From Arcobacteraceae bacterium (GTDB lineage Bacteria > Campylobacterota > Campylobacteria > Campylobacterales > Arcobacteraceae), in NCBI GenBank assembly GCA_963662945.1, contig OY759974.1:1536001-1600000 (forward strand): 64,000 nucleotides of DNA, written 5' to 3'. This document shows, one piece after another, positions 1 through 10,341 of this stretch (its first letter is position 1; every line of letters starts with the position of its first letter). Made by a program: the position numbers and the translations under genes. The notes beneath the pieces are model-generated. The model worked only from the letters and a program-made list of their open reading frames with translations. It searched no databases and had not been told where the DNA came from.

Positions 1-666
1 ATGCCTATCGTTGGTCATAAAACAGTTAATCCAACTATTAGAATTGCTATCTCTTTTTATTTAACAGTTTTTTTATTTCCTTTAATTGATTATGATAAAA
101 GTTTAATAACCCAAGATACTTTTTTATTAGCTTTAATAAGCGAAGTGACCTTAGGTCTTGTGGCTTCATTTTTGGTTCAAATAATTTTTTCTGCTGTACA
201 AATTATAGGAGATTTAATAGGATATGCTACTGCATTGTCAATGGCAAATATGTTCGATCCTGCCACAGGTACACAACAAGGTATTATAAGTAGATTTCTA
301 TATATGATTATTTTAGTTATATATCTGGAATCTGGAATGTATGAGATAACTATTTATATGTTAGCAACAAGTTTTGGACATATCTCTTTAGGTACATTTG
401 ATTTATTTAGCTATGATGGTATTTTATATGCTTCACAGGAGATAAATAGAATGTTTGCTTTTGCATTTTCTTTTGCATTACCATTGTTTTTTATAGGATT
501 TATTTTGGATATTTATTATGGATATGGAACTAAATCGATGCCAGCATTTTCTCCATTTGTAGTGACATTTCAGATTAAATTTGCTTTGATTATGATTTTT
601 ATGATGTTTGGTCTTGAAATATTTGTAGATAGTTTTACTGCATATTTTACAAATAAATTTGAGTAG
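1..666 (+). CDS. fliR: Flagellar export protein FliR (5'-truncated by window edge)
   Basis: Hydrophobic protein with E-x-x-LG and G-x-x-x-ANMFDP motifs; directly upstream of flhB. Confidence 0.9.
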   Translation: MPIVGHKTVNPTIRIAISFYLTVFLFPLIDYDKSLITQDTFLLALISEVTLGLVASFLVQIIFSAVQIIGDLIGYATALSMANMFDPATGTQQGIISRFLYMIILVIYLESGMYEITIYMLATSFGHISLGTFDLFSYDGILYASQEINRMFAFAFSFALPLFFIGFILDIYYGYGTKSMPAFSPFVVTFQIKFALIMIFMMFGLEIFVDSFTAYFTNKFE

Positions 667-674
667 GTATTAAA

Positions 675-1718
675 ATGGCTGACGATCAAGAAAAAACAGA
701 AGAACCCACCTCCAAAAAAATAGAAGATGCCAAGAAAGAGGGAAATGTTTCTAAGTCTGCAGAAGTACCTGGTGCAGCAATACTTTTTTTTAGTTCTGTT
801 TATTTACTATTTTTTGGAGATCCTGTATTTTTAGAGATTCAAAAAATGATGTATTTCATTTATTCTTTTATTGGACAAGAGATGGATGGTAGAAGTTATT
901 ATGTGATAGCTTCTACTGTTATGACAACAATGATTTATGCTTTATTACCACTTTTTGTTTTAGTTTTATTATTAGCAGTGATTTTTAATGTAATGCAATT
1001 TGGTTTTATAGTAACTCCTTTAAAGTTAGAATTACAAAAAATAGATCCAATGAGTGGATTTAAAAATGTTTTTAGTATGAAAAAAGCAATTGAAGCGCTA
1101 AAATTAACAGCAAAATTGACAATTATATTTATAGTTATGGTTATTATATTTGCAATTATTTGGGATTCAGTACTGGCAATGATGGATAAAAGTATTCGAG
1201 CTGCATTGGATGCAATGATTGAACTTACAATATATTTTTTATTAACAATTCTATTTATTATAATCCTTTTTGCTATAATAGATTACTTTTTTACAAATTA
1301 TTATTATATAAAGCAATTAAGAATGTCGAAACAAGAGATAAAAGATGAACATAAACAAATGGAGGGAGATCCACTTGTAAAAAGTAGAATTAGACAAATT
1401 CAAATGAAAATGTCAAGACAAAGGATGATGGCTGATGTACCTAGTGCAGATGTTGTAATTACAAATCCAACTCAATACGCGGTGGCATTACAATATGATA
1501 GTGAAAAATCAGATGCTCCAGTGGTTGTAGCTAAAGGGATTAATTTTTTAGCACTAAAAATTAAAGAGATTGCACTAGAGAGTAAAATACCAATCATTGA
1601 AGATCCAGCATTAGCAAGAGCTTTATATGACCAAGTAGAAGTAGAAGAAAAAATACCAGAAAGCTTTTACAAGGCTATTGCAGAAATTTTTACTTTTGTG
1701 TATAATCTAAATAAATAA
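675..1718 (+). CDS. flhB: Flagellar export switch protein FlhB
   Basis: EKTEEPTSKK N-terminus, 4 TM segments, KQEIKDEHKQMEGDP, NPT(Q) cleavage loop, VVAKG. Confidence 0.97.
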   Translation: MADDQEKTEEPTSKKIEDAKKEGNVSKSAEVPGAAILFFSSVYLLFFGDPVFLEIQKMMYFIYSFIGQEMDGRSYYVIASTVMTTMIYALLPLFVLVLLLAVIFNVMQFGFIVTPLKLELQKIDPMSGFKNVFSMKKAIEALKLTAKLTIIFIVMVIIFAIIWDSVLAMMDKSIRAALDAMIELTIYFLLTILFIIILFAIIDYFFTNYYYIKQLRMSKQEIKDEHKQMEGDPLVKSRIRQIQMKMSRQRMMADVPSADVVITNPTQYAVALQYDSEKSDAPVVVAKGINFLALKIKEIALESKIPIIEDPALARALYDQVEVEEKIPESFYKAIAEIFTFVYNLNK

Positions 1719-1733
1719 AGGGTGATTAGTATA

Positions 1734-3761
1734 ATGTTTAATATAAAATTTTTTTTACTATTGTTATTAGTTTCAACACTTTACGGAAAGAAGGATTTTT
1801 ATTATAATTTTATAAATCCTGATTTAACTCAAATTTCTCAAATTGAGAAAAGAAAAATAGTGGGTGCTAGTGATAAATTAAAAGAGATTAGAAGATATAT
1901 TAAAGAAGGGCAATTAGATGTTGCTTTAAAAAATATTATTATATTTAGAAATAGTAATAAGATTCAAATGTTAGATTCATCTGCTGTTTTATTACAAAGT
2001 GAAATTTTATATAAACTAAATACAGTTACAAAAGCTGCAGATGCCAATGAGTTGCTAGAATCGGCAATTAATAATTCAGAAATTTCTCAAGATGATTTAC
2101 TAGAAGCTTATAGATTATTGGTTTTGATTAAAATAAAACTAAATAAAACAGAAGAAGCTGAATATTATGCAAAAGCTATAGAAAATAGTTTTGATGATCC
2201 CTTATCTAAAGTGTACGGAAAAGTTGCATTGTCTCAAATTCATGTAAAAAGAAGAGATTATCGAAAAGCAATTAAAATATTACGACAAGAACTCATTAAT
2301 ACAACAAGTTTAGAAGTTGCTACAATTATTGCAGATGAACTTTATGATGCTTATATTTTAAATGATCAAAAAGAGGAAGCTTATGATTTAGTACAAAAAG
2401 TACTCAATCGAAATATTGATTATTATGCTAATGACAGTTATAAAGCATTAAAAAAAGTTGATAAATTGGTTGATGCAGATATGTCAGAATTTGCAATAGA
2501 GATTTTGAAAAAACTTATAGAAAACTCAATACATACTGATAGCATTGATAGTTTTAGATTTAAACTTGCTGATGTTTATATGAAAATAGCAGGTTTTCAA
2601 AAAGAATATTTACCAAAAGCAAAAGCAATTTATGAAGATTTAATTCAAACAAAAGAGAATAATCCTTATAGAAAAAGAGCAAAAATGTATCTTGATGAGA
2701 TTATTATGAGAGAAGGTAAATTTGAACCTGCAATGATGGCAGCAAAATATAGTGACTCTGAAACAATGCAGTATAAAGCTATGATGCAAGAGTTGTTAAA
2801 TGCTATCGAAGATGAAAAATTTGAACAAATTATTAGAATGAAAAAAATATATCAAGGTATTTTCCCATCAATTGTAAAACGATTTGGATATGACAGTATT
2901 GACCAAATTTATAATATGGTAAATTCAAAAATGATTGAGTATTATCTTCAAACAAATCAATGTAAACAACTTAATATTGTTATAAAAGATATTTCAGATG
3001 ATGTATTATTACTTCTGATTAAAGATGAAAAAACAATAGATAAATTATTTAACTGTATGATTGAAGTTCCAGATGAAAGAACGTATGCAATAGCTAAAGA
3101 TGTATATGGTAAAGCAAAGAACAACAGAATATATTTTTATTTAGAAAGAGTTGCTTTAATTTTAAATAAATATGATGATGCAAAAGCTTTTTCGCAAAAA
3201 CTAGATATGTTTAGTGATGCAGATGTATTGTCTGATGAGTTTTTATATAGATTTTTAATTTATGCAAATGAAGATAATTCCCAAGCTTTACAAAATTATT
3301 TTGCATATGCAAGAGCAAATCCTGAATTTATTATTAATAATAAAGATAATCCTTTAATTATAGATTTTTATTACCATTACTACCTCTACTTATTAAAAGA
3401 GAAAGAAGAAAATGAAGCAATAATTGTTTTAAAAGAGTTATATAAAAAACAAAATGAGATGAGAGCAAGAGTTTATTCTCCATTTGTGGAAATCGAATTA
3501 GCTAAATATTCTAAATTAGATGATAATTATGATGAAGCTTTAGAGTATTTACAATATGGACTAAATATTAAACGATTAAAAGATGGGAAAAGTATAGATA
3601 GAAAAATCAAAGGTGAAGATTTGGCACGTATTTATTATGAAATAGCAAAAATATATGAGTTTCAAGGAAAAAAGAATAGATATAAAGATGCAATAAAAAA
3701 ATGTCAAAGATTAAAAAATATTGATAGTTTTTACAAAAAAATGTGTGATAAAATGCAATGA
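1734..3761 (+). CDS. Exported TPR-repeat protein in the flagellar cluster
   Basis: N-terminal hydrophobic signal; repeated helical TPR-like motifs; ATG 1734 follows AAGGGTG (GTG 1722 is the alternative start); stop overlaps fliI start (ATGA). Confidence 0.7.
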   Translation: MFNIKFFLLLLLVSTLYGKKDFYYNFINPDLTQISQIEKRKIVGASDKLKEIRRYIKEGQLDVALKNIIIFRNSNKIQMLDSSAVLLQSEILYKLNTVTKAADANELLESAINNSEISQDDLLEAYRLLVLIKIKLNKTEEAEYYAKAIENSFDDPLSKVYGKVALSQIHVKRRDYRKAIKILRQELINTTSLEVATIIADELYDAYILNDQKEEAYDLVQKVLNRNIDYYANDSYKALKKVDKLVDADMSEFAIEILKKLIENSIHTDSIDSFRFKLADVYMKIAGFQKEYLPKAKAIYEDLIQTKENNPYRKRAKMYLDEIIMREGKFEPAMMAAKYSDSETMQYKAMMQELLNAIEDEKFEQIIRMKKIYQGIFPSIVKRFGYDSIDQIYNMVNSKMIEYYLQTNQCKQLNIVIKDISDDVLLLLIKDEKTIDKLFNCMIEVPDERTYAIAKDVYGKAKNNRIYFYLERVALILNKYDDAKAFSQKLDMFSDADVLSDEFLYRFLIYANEDNSQALQNYFAYARANPEFIINNKDNPLIIDFYYHYYLYLLKEKEENEAIIVLKELYKKQNEMRARVYSPFVEIELAKYSKLDDNYDEALEYLQYGLNIKRLKDGKSIDRKIKGEDLARIYYEIAKIYEFQGKKNRYKDAIKKCQRLKNIDSFYKKMCDKMQ

Positions 3762-5077
3762 GTACTATAAATAATTTAGATGATATTTTAGAAAAAATTA
3801 ATACAAAAAATCTTTTTATCCCTTTTGGGAGAATTGTAAATATTAATACTTCTAGTATAGTTGCTGTTGGTTTAGAGGTCGCAATTGGTGATATTGTTAA
3901 AATAGAATCAGTAAAGCATCTTTATACTGTATTAGGTATGGTAGCTTCAATTGATGCAGATCATTTTACAATTGTCCCTTTCTCATTTATTGATGGGTTT
4001 AAGATAGATGATAAAGTATATCTACAAAAAGAAGGATTAAGTGTAAAATGTGGATATGGCTTATTAGGTAGAGTTGTTAATGCTTTAGGAGAACCAATAG
4101 ACGATGGAGGAAAGATAACAAATATTGAGGGTAATTCACCAATTAATAAAGATACAATTTCGCCACTTGATAGGGGAATTATTGATCAAAGGTTTTCAAC
4201 TGGTGTTAAAGCAATTGATTCAATGCTTACTTGTGGTAAAGGGCAAAAAGTAGGTATTTTTGCTGGCTCTGGAGTTGGGAAATCAACTTTAATGGGTATG
4301 ATTGTAAAAGGATGTGAAGCACAAATAAAAGTTATTGCACTTGTAGGTGAGCGGGGTCGTGAGATTCCGGAGTTTATACATTATAATCTTGGAAATAATC
4401 TTGAAAATACTGTGATAGTTACAGCAACAAGTGATGAATCTTCATTGATGAGAAAATATGCAGCTTTTACAGCAATGGCAATTGCCGAATTTTTTCGAGA
4501 TAAAGGGCATGATGTATTACTTATGATGGACAGTGTTACAAGGTTTGCAATGGCACAAAGAGAGATAGGATTAAGTACAGGAGAGCCACCAACACAAAGA
4601 GGATATCCCCCATCAGTTTTTGCACTGCTTCCCCAATTAATGGAGCGAGCAGGTTCTAATAAATTAGGAACAATTACAGCTTTTTTTACAGTTCTTGTTG
4701 ATGGAGATGATTTAAGTGATCCAATAGCTGATCAAAGTAGATCAATACTTGATGGACATATTGTTTTAACAAGAAAACTAACGGAACAAGGATTCTATCC
4801 TCCTATTGATTTATTGCAAAGTGCATCAAGGGTAATTGATAAAGTTATATCAGTTGAACAATATAAACGTTTTTTAAAGTTAAAAAGGGTATTATCACTA
4901 ATAAACGAAAATGAGGTACTTTTAAGAATTGGTGCTTACAAAAAAGGTATGGATAAAGAGTTAGATGATGCTCTCTTAAGAAAAGAGAAAATCAAAAAGT
5001 TTTTAACCCAAGGTATAGATGAGCTTTATTCTTATGAGTCTACAGTAAAAGGACTAATGGAGGTCACAAATGATTGA
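3758..5077 (+). CDS. fliI: Flagellar export ATPase FliI
   Basis: Walker A AGSGVGKS, GERGRE, DSVTRFAMAQREIG, GYPPS, LDGHIVL. Confidence 0.96.
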   Translation: MSTINNLDDILEKINTKNLFIPFGRIVNINTSSIVAVGLEVAIGDIVKIESVKHLYTVLGMVASIDADHFTIVPFSFIDGFKIDDKVYLQKEGLSVKCGYGLLGRVVNALGEPIDDGGKITNIEGNSPINKDTISPLDRGIIDQRFSTGVKAIDSMLTCGKGQKVGIFAGSGVGKSTLMGMIVKGCEAQIKVIALVGERGREIPEFIHYNLGNNLENTVIVTATSDESSLMRKYAAFTAMAIAEFFRDKGHDVLLMMDSVTRFAMAQREIGLSTGEPPTQRGYPPSVFALLPQLMERAGSNKLGTITAFFTVLVDGDDLSDPIADQSRSILDGHIVLTRKLTEQGFYPPIDLLQSASRVIDKVISVEQYKRFLKLKRVLSLINENEVLLRIGAYKKGMDKELDDALLRKEKIKKFLTQGIDELYSYESTVKGLMEVTND

Positions 5078-6287
5078 TACAACTAGAAGTATGTTATATT
5101 ACTTAGGGAATTTAAATGCTGAAAATGCGAGAATTAGTTATCAAAATGCAAGTGGGAAAAATCAAGAAAAAGGGAGTGAAGACTCTTTATTGCACTCTAG
5201 ATTAATTAATCTTGAAGATAAATTAAGAGTCACTGAAAGTTTAAAACTTCAAATTACAAAATCAAATGTAATGAATGATACAGCAGATACAAGTATGAAA
5301 GAACTTAAAAATGCATTAGATAGTATTCAAACTGATTTATTAAAAGGTTTAAATTCTGGGATGGATAGAAGTGATAAGTTAGCTTTAGCAACTAATTTAA
5401 GAGGAATCAGAGATAATATTTATGATATGGTAAATGTAAGAGTTGATGGAGAATATGTTTTTTCTGGTTCAAATACAACAGAACAAACAATGGTAAAAGA
5501 TGCAAATTTTGATCTTAATGGACAAGTAGAGTTTGGTGGAGATGGTTTTCTAAGACAAATTGCTGTTCAGCCTGGAAGTTATAGAGATAGAGGTATAACA
5601 GCTTATGATGTAAGCTTTTATACCGCAAGCAGTGCAAATGCTGGAGAAGTTTTTACATTTGCTGAAGGTGAAAGAATTATAGATGAAAATGGGAATGAAT
5701 GGAAAATGGCTATTGATCCATATGGAGATGGTAATGATTATATTCAGCAATATGATCATAATGGGATTATTTATCATCCACCAGTAGATTTACAAATTAC
5801 AGCGACAACACCTCAAGTTTACCCAAATACAGCTGGTCAAGAAACGAAGGCTACTTATTCGGTAAATGTGCCGGCTGCTGATGAAGGAAGAATATTTGAA
5901 GCAAAACACAATTATTTTGATGATTTAAATGTAATTATTAATGCTTTAGAGGGATATGCAACGGCCCCTGATGGTCAAAAAGGTGCAGTACTTTCAGATG
6001 AAGATGTTAGAACAACTTTAAGTAATGGTTTGAGCCTTACAACAAAACAATTTGATGCTTCAAATGTAGGGCATGGTGAACTTGGTGGACGGAATAAAGT
6101 ATTTGAGGTTGCTTTTGAAAAACTTGTTTCTCAAGAGTCAAATTACAATATCTTACTTCAAGAAACGGGCGGTGCAGATTTGACTAAATTAGCTTTAGAA
6201 TCAAAAGCTTTAGAATTGACTTATTCAGCACTGTATTCAACAATATCTAAGATGAATTCAATGTCTTTAGTGAACTTTTTGAAATAA
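5070..6287 (+). CDS. flgL: Flagellar hook-filament junction protein FlgL (flagellin family)
   Basis: N-x-x-x-DGEYVFSG motif, C-terminal ADLTK...Y.A...ISKMNSMSLVNFLK typical of FlgL. Confidence 0.82.
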   Translation: MIDTTRSMLYYLGNLNAENARISYQNASGKNQEKGSEDSLLHSRLINLEDKLRVTESLKLQITKSNVMNDTADTSMKELKNALDSIQTDLLKGLNSGMDRSDKLALATNLRGIRDNIYDMVNVRVDGEYVFSGSNTTEQTMVKDANFDLNGQVEFGGDGFLRQIAVQPGSYRDRGITAYDVSFYTASSANAGEVFTFAEGERIIDENGNEWKMAIDPYGDGNDYIQQYDHNGIIYHPPVDLQITATTPQVYPNTAGQETKATYSVNVPAADEGRIFEAKHNYFDDLNVIINALEGYATAPDGQKGAVLSDEDVRTTLSNGLSLTTKQFDASNVGHGELGGRNKVFEVAFEKLVSQESNYNILLQETGGADLTKLALESKALELTYSALYSTISKMNSMSLVNFLK

Positions 6288-6303
6288 GAAGAATTATATT
6301 TAA

Positions 6304-8427
6304 ATGAACATCAAGGAGCTGTTTTTTAAGAAAGAGTATGTTCTTATTGCTTTTATTTTCTCAATGTTAGCAATAATCATCGTCCCTTTACCAAAAGGGA
6401 TGTTGGATTTTTTCTTAGTACTCTCTTTAACTTCAGCAATTTTAATATTATTAATATCACTTTTTATTCAAAAACCAACAGATTTATCTACGTTTCCAAC
6501 TCTTTTACTTATCTTAGTACTTTTTAGACTTTCCTTAAATATAGCGACGACAAGGTCTATTCTTAGTGAAGGACATAATGGACCAGAAGCAGTAAGTTCA
6601 ATTATTTCAGCATTTGGAGAGTTTGTAGTTGGTGGGAATATGGTTATTGGGGTAATTATATTTATCATTCTTGTACTTATTAACTTTATGGTAGTAACAA
6701 AAGGTGCTGGAAGGGTTGCAGAAGTGCAAGCAAGATTTTCTCTTGATTCATTACCTGGTAAACAAATGGCTATTGATGCTGATTTAAATGCAGGATTTAT
6801 AGATGATGTACAGGCAAAAAAACGTCGAGAAGAACTTGCAAGTGAGGTAAGTTTTTACGGAACTATGGATGGTTCTGCAAAATTCGTAAAAGGTGATGCA
6901 GTTGCTGGTATTATTATTACCATTGTTAATCTTGTTGGTGGATTAATGATTGGTATTTTCCAACATGATTTAACAGCAGCAGAAAGTTCTGAAATCTATA
7001 CAATTTTAACTATTGGTGATGGTCTTGTAGCTCAAATACCAGCTCTTATTATTTCAACTGCAACTGCAATTATAATTACGCGTTCAAATACAGATGACGA
7101 AAAATTTGCAAGTGGAACTATCTCTCAACTGGTTAATGATAGTAAAACTTTAGTTATAACTGGTGTAGCTTTAATGTTGTTTGCATTAGTACCAGGATTT
7201 CCAAGTGGTATATTATTTTTTATGGGTGCTTTACTTGGAGGAATTGGATACATCGTTTATATGGTTGAAGCGGAACAAGATAATGCTTTTACACGTTTTG
7301 TAAAAGGAAGTAGTGTTACTAAAAATTCTTTAAAAGAAAAAGAAAAACAAGAGCAAGAAAAAGCTAAAAAGAAACAAACTACTGCTATGACAGAAGAACA
7401 AACTATTGATAAAACAATGAAACTTGAAGTTTTAGAACTGAAACTCGGTGCTCAGTTATTAAAACTTGTTCAAGGCGATAGTGAACTTTTAGATAAAATT
7501 AAAGGTATACGAAATAAAATCGCAGCTGAACTTGGTTTTGTAATTCCTCAAATTAGAATAAGTGATGATACCTCATTACCTATGAATGGTTACTCTTTTA
7601 ATTTAAAAAGAATTCCAATTGCTAAAGGAAATGTAGAATTAAATCAACTGTTAGCAATGGGTGGAATTGCTGGAGCAAAAGTAAAAGGTAAAAGGGTAAA
7701 AGAACCAGTATTTGGTCTTGATGCAACTTGGATTAATCCAGATGATAAAGCTGAAGCATTAAATAGAGGATTTACAGTTGTTGATGCTCCAACAATTATC
7801 TCTACGCATCTTTCTGAATTGATTAAAAAACATGCTGAGGATATAATAACAAGACAAGATTTAGTAGATATTATCGATAGATTAAAAGCAGACTATCCTA
7901 TTATTGTTGAAGAGGCAATGAAAGTAACTTCTTATGGGTCATTATTAAAAGTATGTAAAGATTTATTACATGAAAATATACCTTTAGTAGATATGATTAC
8001 AATTCTTGAAGCAGTTTCAGATATTGCTGAACTGACAAAATCTCCAGATATCTTACTTGAGCATGTACGATCAAAATTATTTAGACTTATTACTAATAAA
8101 TATACAGCAGCTGATGGTGCAATGCATATCATTACAATAAAATCAGATTTAGAGCAAGATTTTATTGGAAAACTTCAAGAACAACATGGCGTGAGCCAAT
8201 TATTATTAAGTATTGGTGAAATCAATAATCTAGTAACAAAAACACGTGATTTAATAGCAAAAATTGAAGCGAAAGGTATTGCACCTATTTCTATGATTGT
8301 TGACCCTAGTTTAAGACGAAGAATATCTGAAATTTTTGAAAAATTTGGATTATCAATTGCAGTCTTAAGTCATGCTGAATTAGATTCAAAAGCAGATTTT
8401 ACTATTGAGGGGACTTTAGAGTTTTAA
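6304..8427 (+). CDS. flhA: Flagellar export gate protein FlhA
   Basis: FPTLLL, RVAEVQARFSLDSLPGKQMAIDADL, FYGTMDGSAKFVKGD, TIGDGLVAQIP. Confidence 0.98.
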   Translation: MNIKELFFKKEYVLIAFIFSMLAIIIVPLPKGMLDFFLVLSLTSAILILLISLFIQKPTDLSTFPTLLLILVLFRLSLNIATTRSILSEGHNGPEAVSSIISAFGEFVVGGNMVIGVIIFIILVLINFMVVTKGAGRVAEVQARFSLDSLPGKQMAIDADLNAGFIDDVQAKKRREELASEVSFYGTMDGSAKFVKGDAVAGIIITIVNLVGGLMIGIFQHDLTAAESSEIYTILTIGDGLVAQIPALIISTATAIIITRSNTDDEKFASGTISQLVNDSKTLVITGVALMLFALVPGFPSGILFFMGALLGGIGYIVYMVEAEQDNAFTRFVKGSSVTKNSLKEKEKQEQEKAKKKQTTAMTEEQTIDKTMKLEVLELKLGAQLLKLVQGDSELLDKIKGIRNKIAAELGFVIPQIRISDDTSLPMNGYSFNLKRIPIAKGNVELNQLLAMGGIAGAKVKGKRVKEPVFGLDATWINPDDKAEALNRGFTVVDAPTIISTHLSELIKKHAEDIITRQDLVDIIDRLKADYPIIVEEAMKVTSYGSLLKVCKDLLHENIPLVDMITILEAVSDIAELTKSPDILLEHVRSKLFRLITNKYTAADGAMHIITIKSDLEQDFIGKLQEQHGVSQLLLSIGEINNLVTKTRDLIAKIEAKGIAPISMIVDPSLRRRISEIFEKFGLSIAVLSHAELDSKADFTIEGTLEF

Positions 8428-8433
8428 GTATCC

Positions 8434-8445
8434 TTTAGATAAAAT
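8434..8445 (+). promoter_or_regulatory. Putative sigma70 promoter (-10) of yajC-secDF
   Basis: TTTAGA-TAAAAT about 30 nt upstream of yajC ATG; AAGGA SD follows. Confidence 0.5.
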
Positions 8446-8474
8446 ACTAAAATTTTAAACTAAAAGGATAATCA

Positions 8475-8741
8475 ATGAATCAAGATTTAATCGGTTCTTT
8501 ACTACCACTTGTCGTATTATTTGCGATATTTTATTTTCTAATCATTAGACCACAACAAAAACAACAAAAAGAACACAAAGAGATGCTAGAAGCATTAGAA
8601 AAAGGTGATAAGGTTGTAACAAATGGTGGACTTATAGTTGAAATTACAAAAGTTGAAGAAAACTTTTTAACTACAAAAAGCATAGACGGTAGTCAATTAA
8701 GAGTTGCAAAGAATTTTATTTCTAGCAAATGGGAAGATTAA
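8475..8741 (+). CDS. yajC: Preprotein translocase subunit YajC
   Basis: IFYFLIIRPQQKQQK, L-x-KGDKVVTNGG. Confidence 0.96.
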   Translation: MNQDLIGSLLPLVVLFAIFYFLIIRPQQKQQKEHKEMLEALEKGDKVVTNGGLIVEITKVEENFLTTKSIDGSQLRVAKNFISSKWED

Positions 8742-8769
8742 TCACACAATAACCAAAAGGATATAGTTC

Positions 8770-10341
8770 TTGCATTTTTTAAACTATAGACTAGTAATAT
8801 TTCTACTAGTAACAGTCTTTGGTATAGTCTTCTCTATACCATCTTTTCTACAAACAGATGACGGTAAAAAAATCTCTTTAGGCCTTGACTTGCAAGGTGG
8901 ACTTCATATGCTTTTAGGTGTACAAACACAAAAAGCAGTTGAGGGGAAAATCAAATCAGTAGCAGCAACAGTTAAATACTTTTCAGATAGGGAATCAATA
9001 TTAATAGAAGATTTAAGAATTGAACCTGAACATTTAAGCTTTATACTTCTAGATAGTGATGAAGTTGTAAAAATGGATGAGATGTTAGCAGAGATTAAAG
9101 GTTTGGATATCAACAAAAGTGAAGATTTAGTGTATACTATTTCTCTTACACCAATTGAGGTTGAAATTGTAAAAGACATGGCAGTTGGACAAGCTGTAGA
9201 AACAATACGAAACAGACTTGATCAATTTGGATTGGCAGAACCATCGGTTACTAGACAAGGAAAAACAGATATTGTTGTTGAACTTCCTGGTATTAAAACA
9301 CCTCAAGAGGAACAACATGCAAGAGAACTTATTGCAAAGCCTGCAAATTTAGAGTTAATGGAAGTTGATGAGCTTAAAGCAGATCAAGTATATGATTTAA
9401 CAAAAAAACAAGCACAAGAATTAGGTGATTTAATTCTTGAAGAGACAGGAAACCCTCAAGTTAAGTACCTTGTAAAACAAATTCCAATTTTAACTGGAAG
9501 TGAAGTAGTTGATGCTAAGGTTGCTTTTGATCAACAAACTAATCAACCAATTATTAATTTTACACTCAGTTCATTTGGTGCAAAAGTTTTTGGTGATTTT
9601 ACTGCAAAAAGTGTTGGTAAACGACTTGCTGTAGTTCTTGATGGTAAGGTGTTTTCTGCACCTTCTATTAGAGAGAGAATTGGTGGAGGAAGTGGACAAA
9701 TAAGTGGAAACTTTACTGTTAATGAAGCTGGAAATGTAGCTATTGCATTGCGTTCAGGAGCTTTACCCGCACCAATTATAATGCTTGAAAAAAGAAGTGT
9801 AGGTCCTAGTTTAGGTGCGGATAGTATTCAAGCTTCTATGATAGCATTGATAAGTGGTTTTTTTCTTGTTATTATATTTATGATTGTATATTATGGTCTA
9901 GCGGGTGTGATTGCAAATATTGCTCTTATTACAAATATATTTATTATTATAGCTATTATGGCTATGTTTGGTGCGACTCTAACACTTCCAGGTATGGCAG
10001 GTATTGTTTTAACTGTTGGTATGGCAGTTGATGCAAATGTAATTATTAGTGAAAGAATTCGAGAGTTATTAAAAGAGGGTAAATCTATCCATAAAGCGGT
10101 AGAAGATGGTTATAAAAATGCTATGAGTGCTATTTTAGATGCAAATATTACTACACTTTTAGTAGCAGTTATACTTTATGCTTACGGTACAGGACCAGTG
10201 AAAGGGTTTGCGATTACAATTAGTATTGGTATTATAGCATCAATGGTTACAGCAATTTTAGGTACTCATGGTATGTATGAAGCTCTTATGCCTAAAATAA
10301 TGAGAGATAAAAACTTAAGAAAATGGTTTGGGGTGAAATAA
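8770..10341 (+). CDS. secD: Protein translocase subunit SecD (TTG start)
   Basis: LGLDLQGG, IRNRLDQFGLAEP, LRSGALP, VGPSLG, GMAVDANV. Confidence 0.97.
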   Translation: MHFLNYRLVIFLLVTVFGIVFSIPSFLQTDDGKKISLGLDLQGGLHMLLGVQTQKAVEGKIKSVAATVKYFSDRESILIEDLRIEPEHLSFILLDSDEVVKMDEMLAEIKGLDINKSEDLVYTISLTPIEVEIVKDMAVGQAVETIRNRLDQFGLAEPSVTRQGKTDIVVELPGIKTPQEEQHARELIAKPANLELMEVDELKADQVYDLTKKQAQELGDLILEETGNPQVKYLVKQIPILTGSEVVDAKVAFDQQTNQPIINFTLSSFGAKVFGDFTAKSVGKRLAVVLDGKVFSAPSIRERIGGGSGQISGNFTVNEAGNVAIALRSGALPAPIIMLEKRSVGPSLGADSIQASMIALISGFFLVIIFMIVYYGLAGVIANIALITNIFIIIAIMAMFGATLTLPGMAGIVLTVGMAVDANVIISERIRELLKEGKSIHKAVEDGYKNAMSAILDANITTLLVAVILYAYGTGPVKGFAITISIGIIASMVTAILGTHGMYEALMPKIMRDKNLRKWFGVK

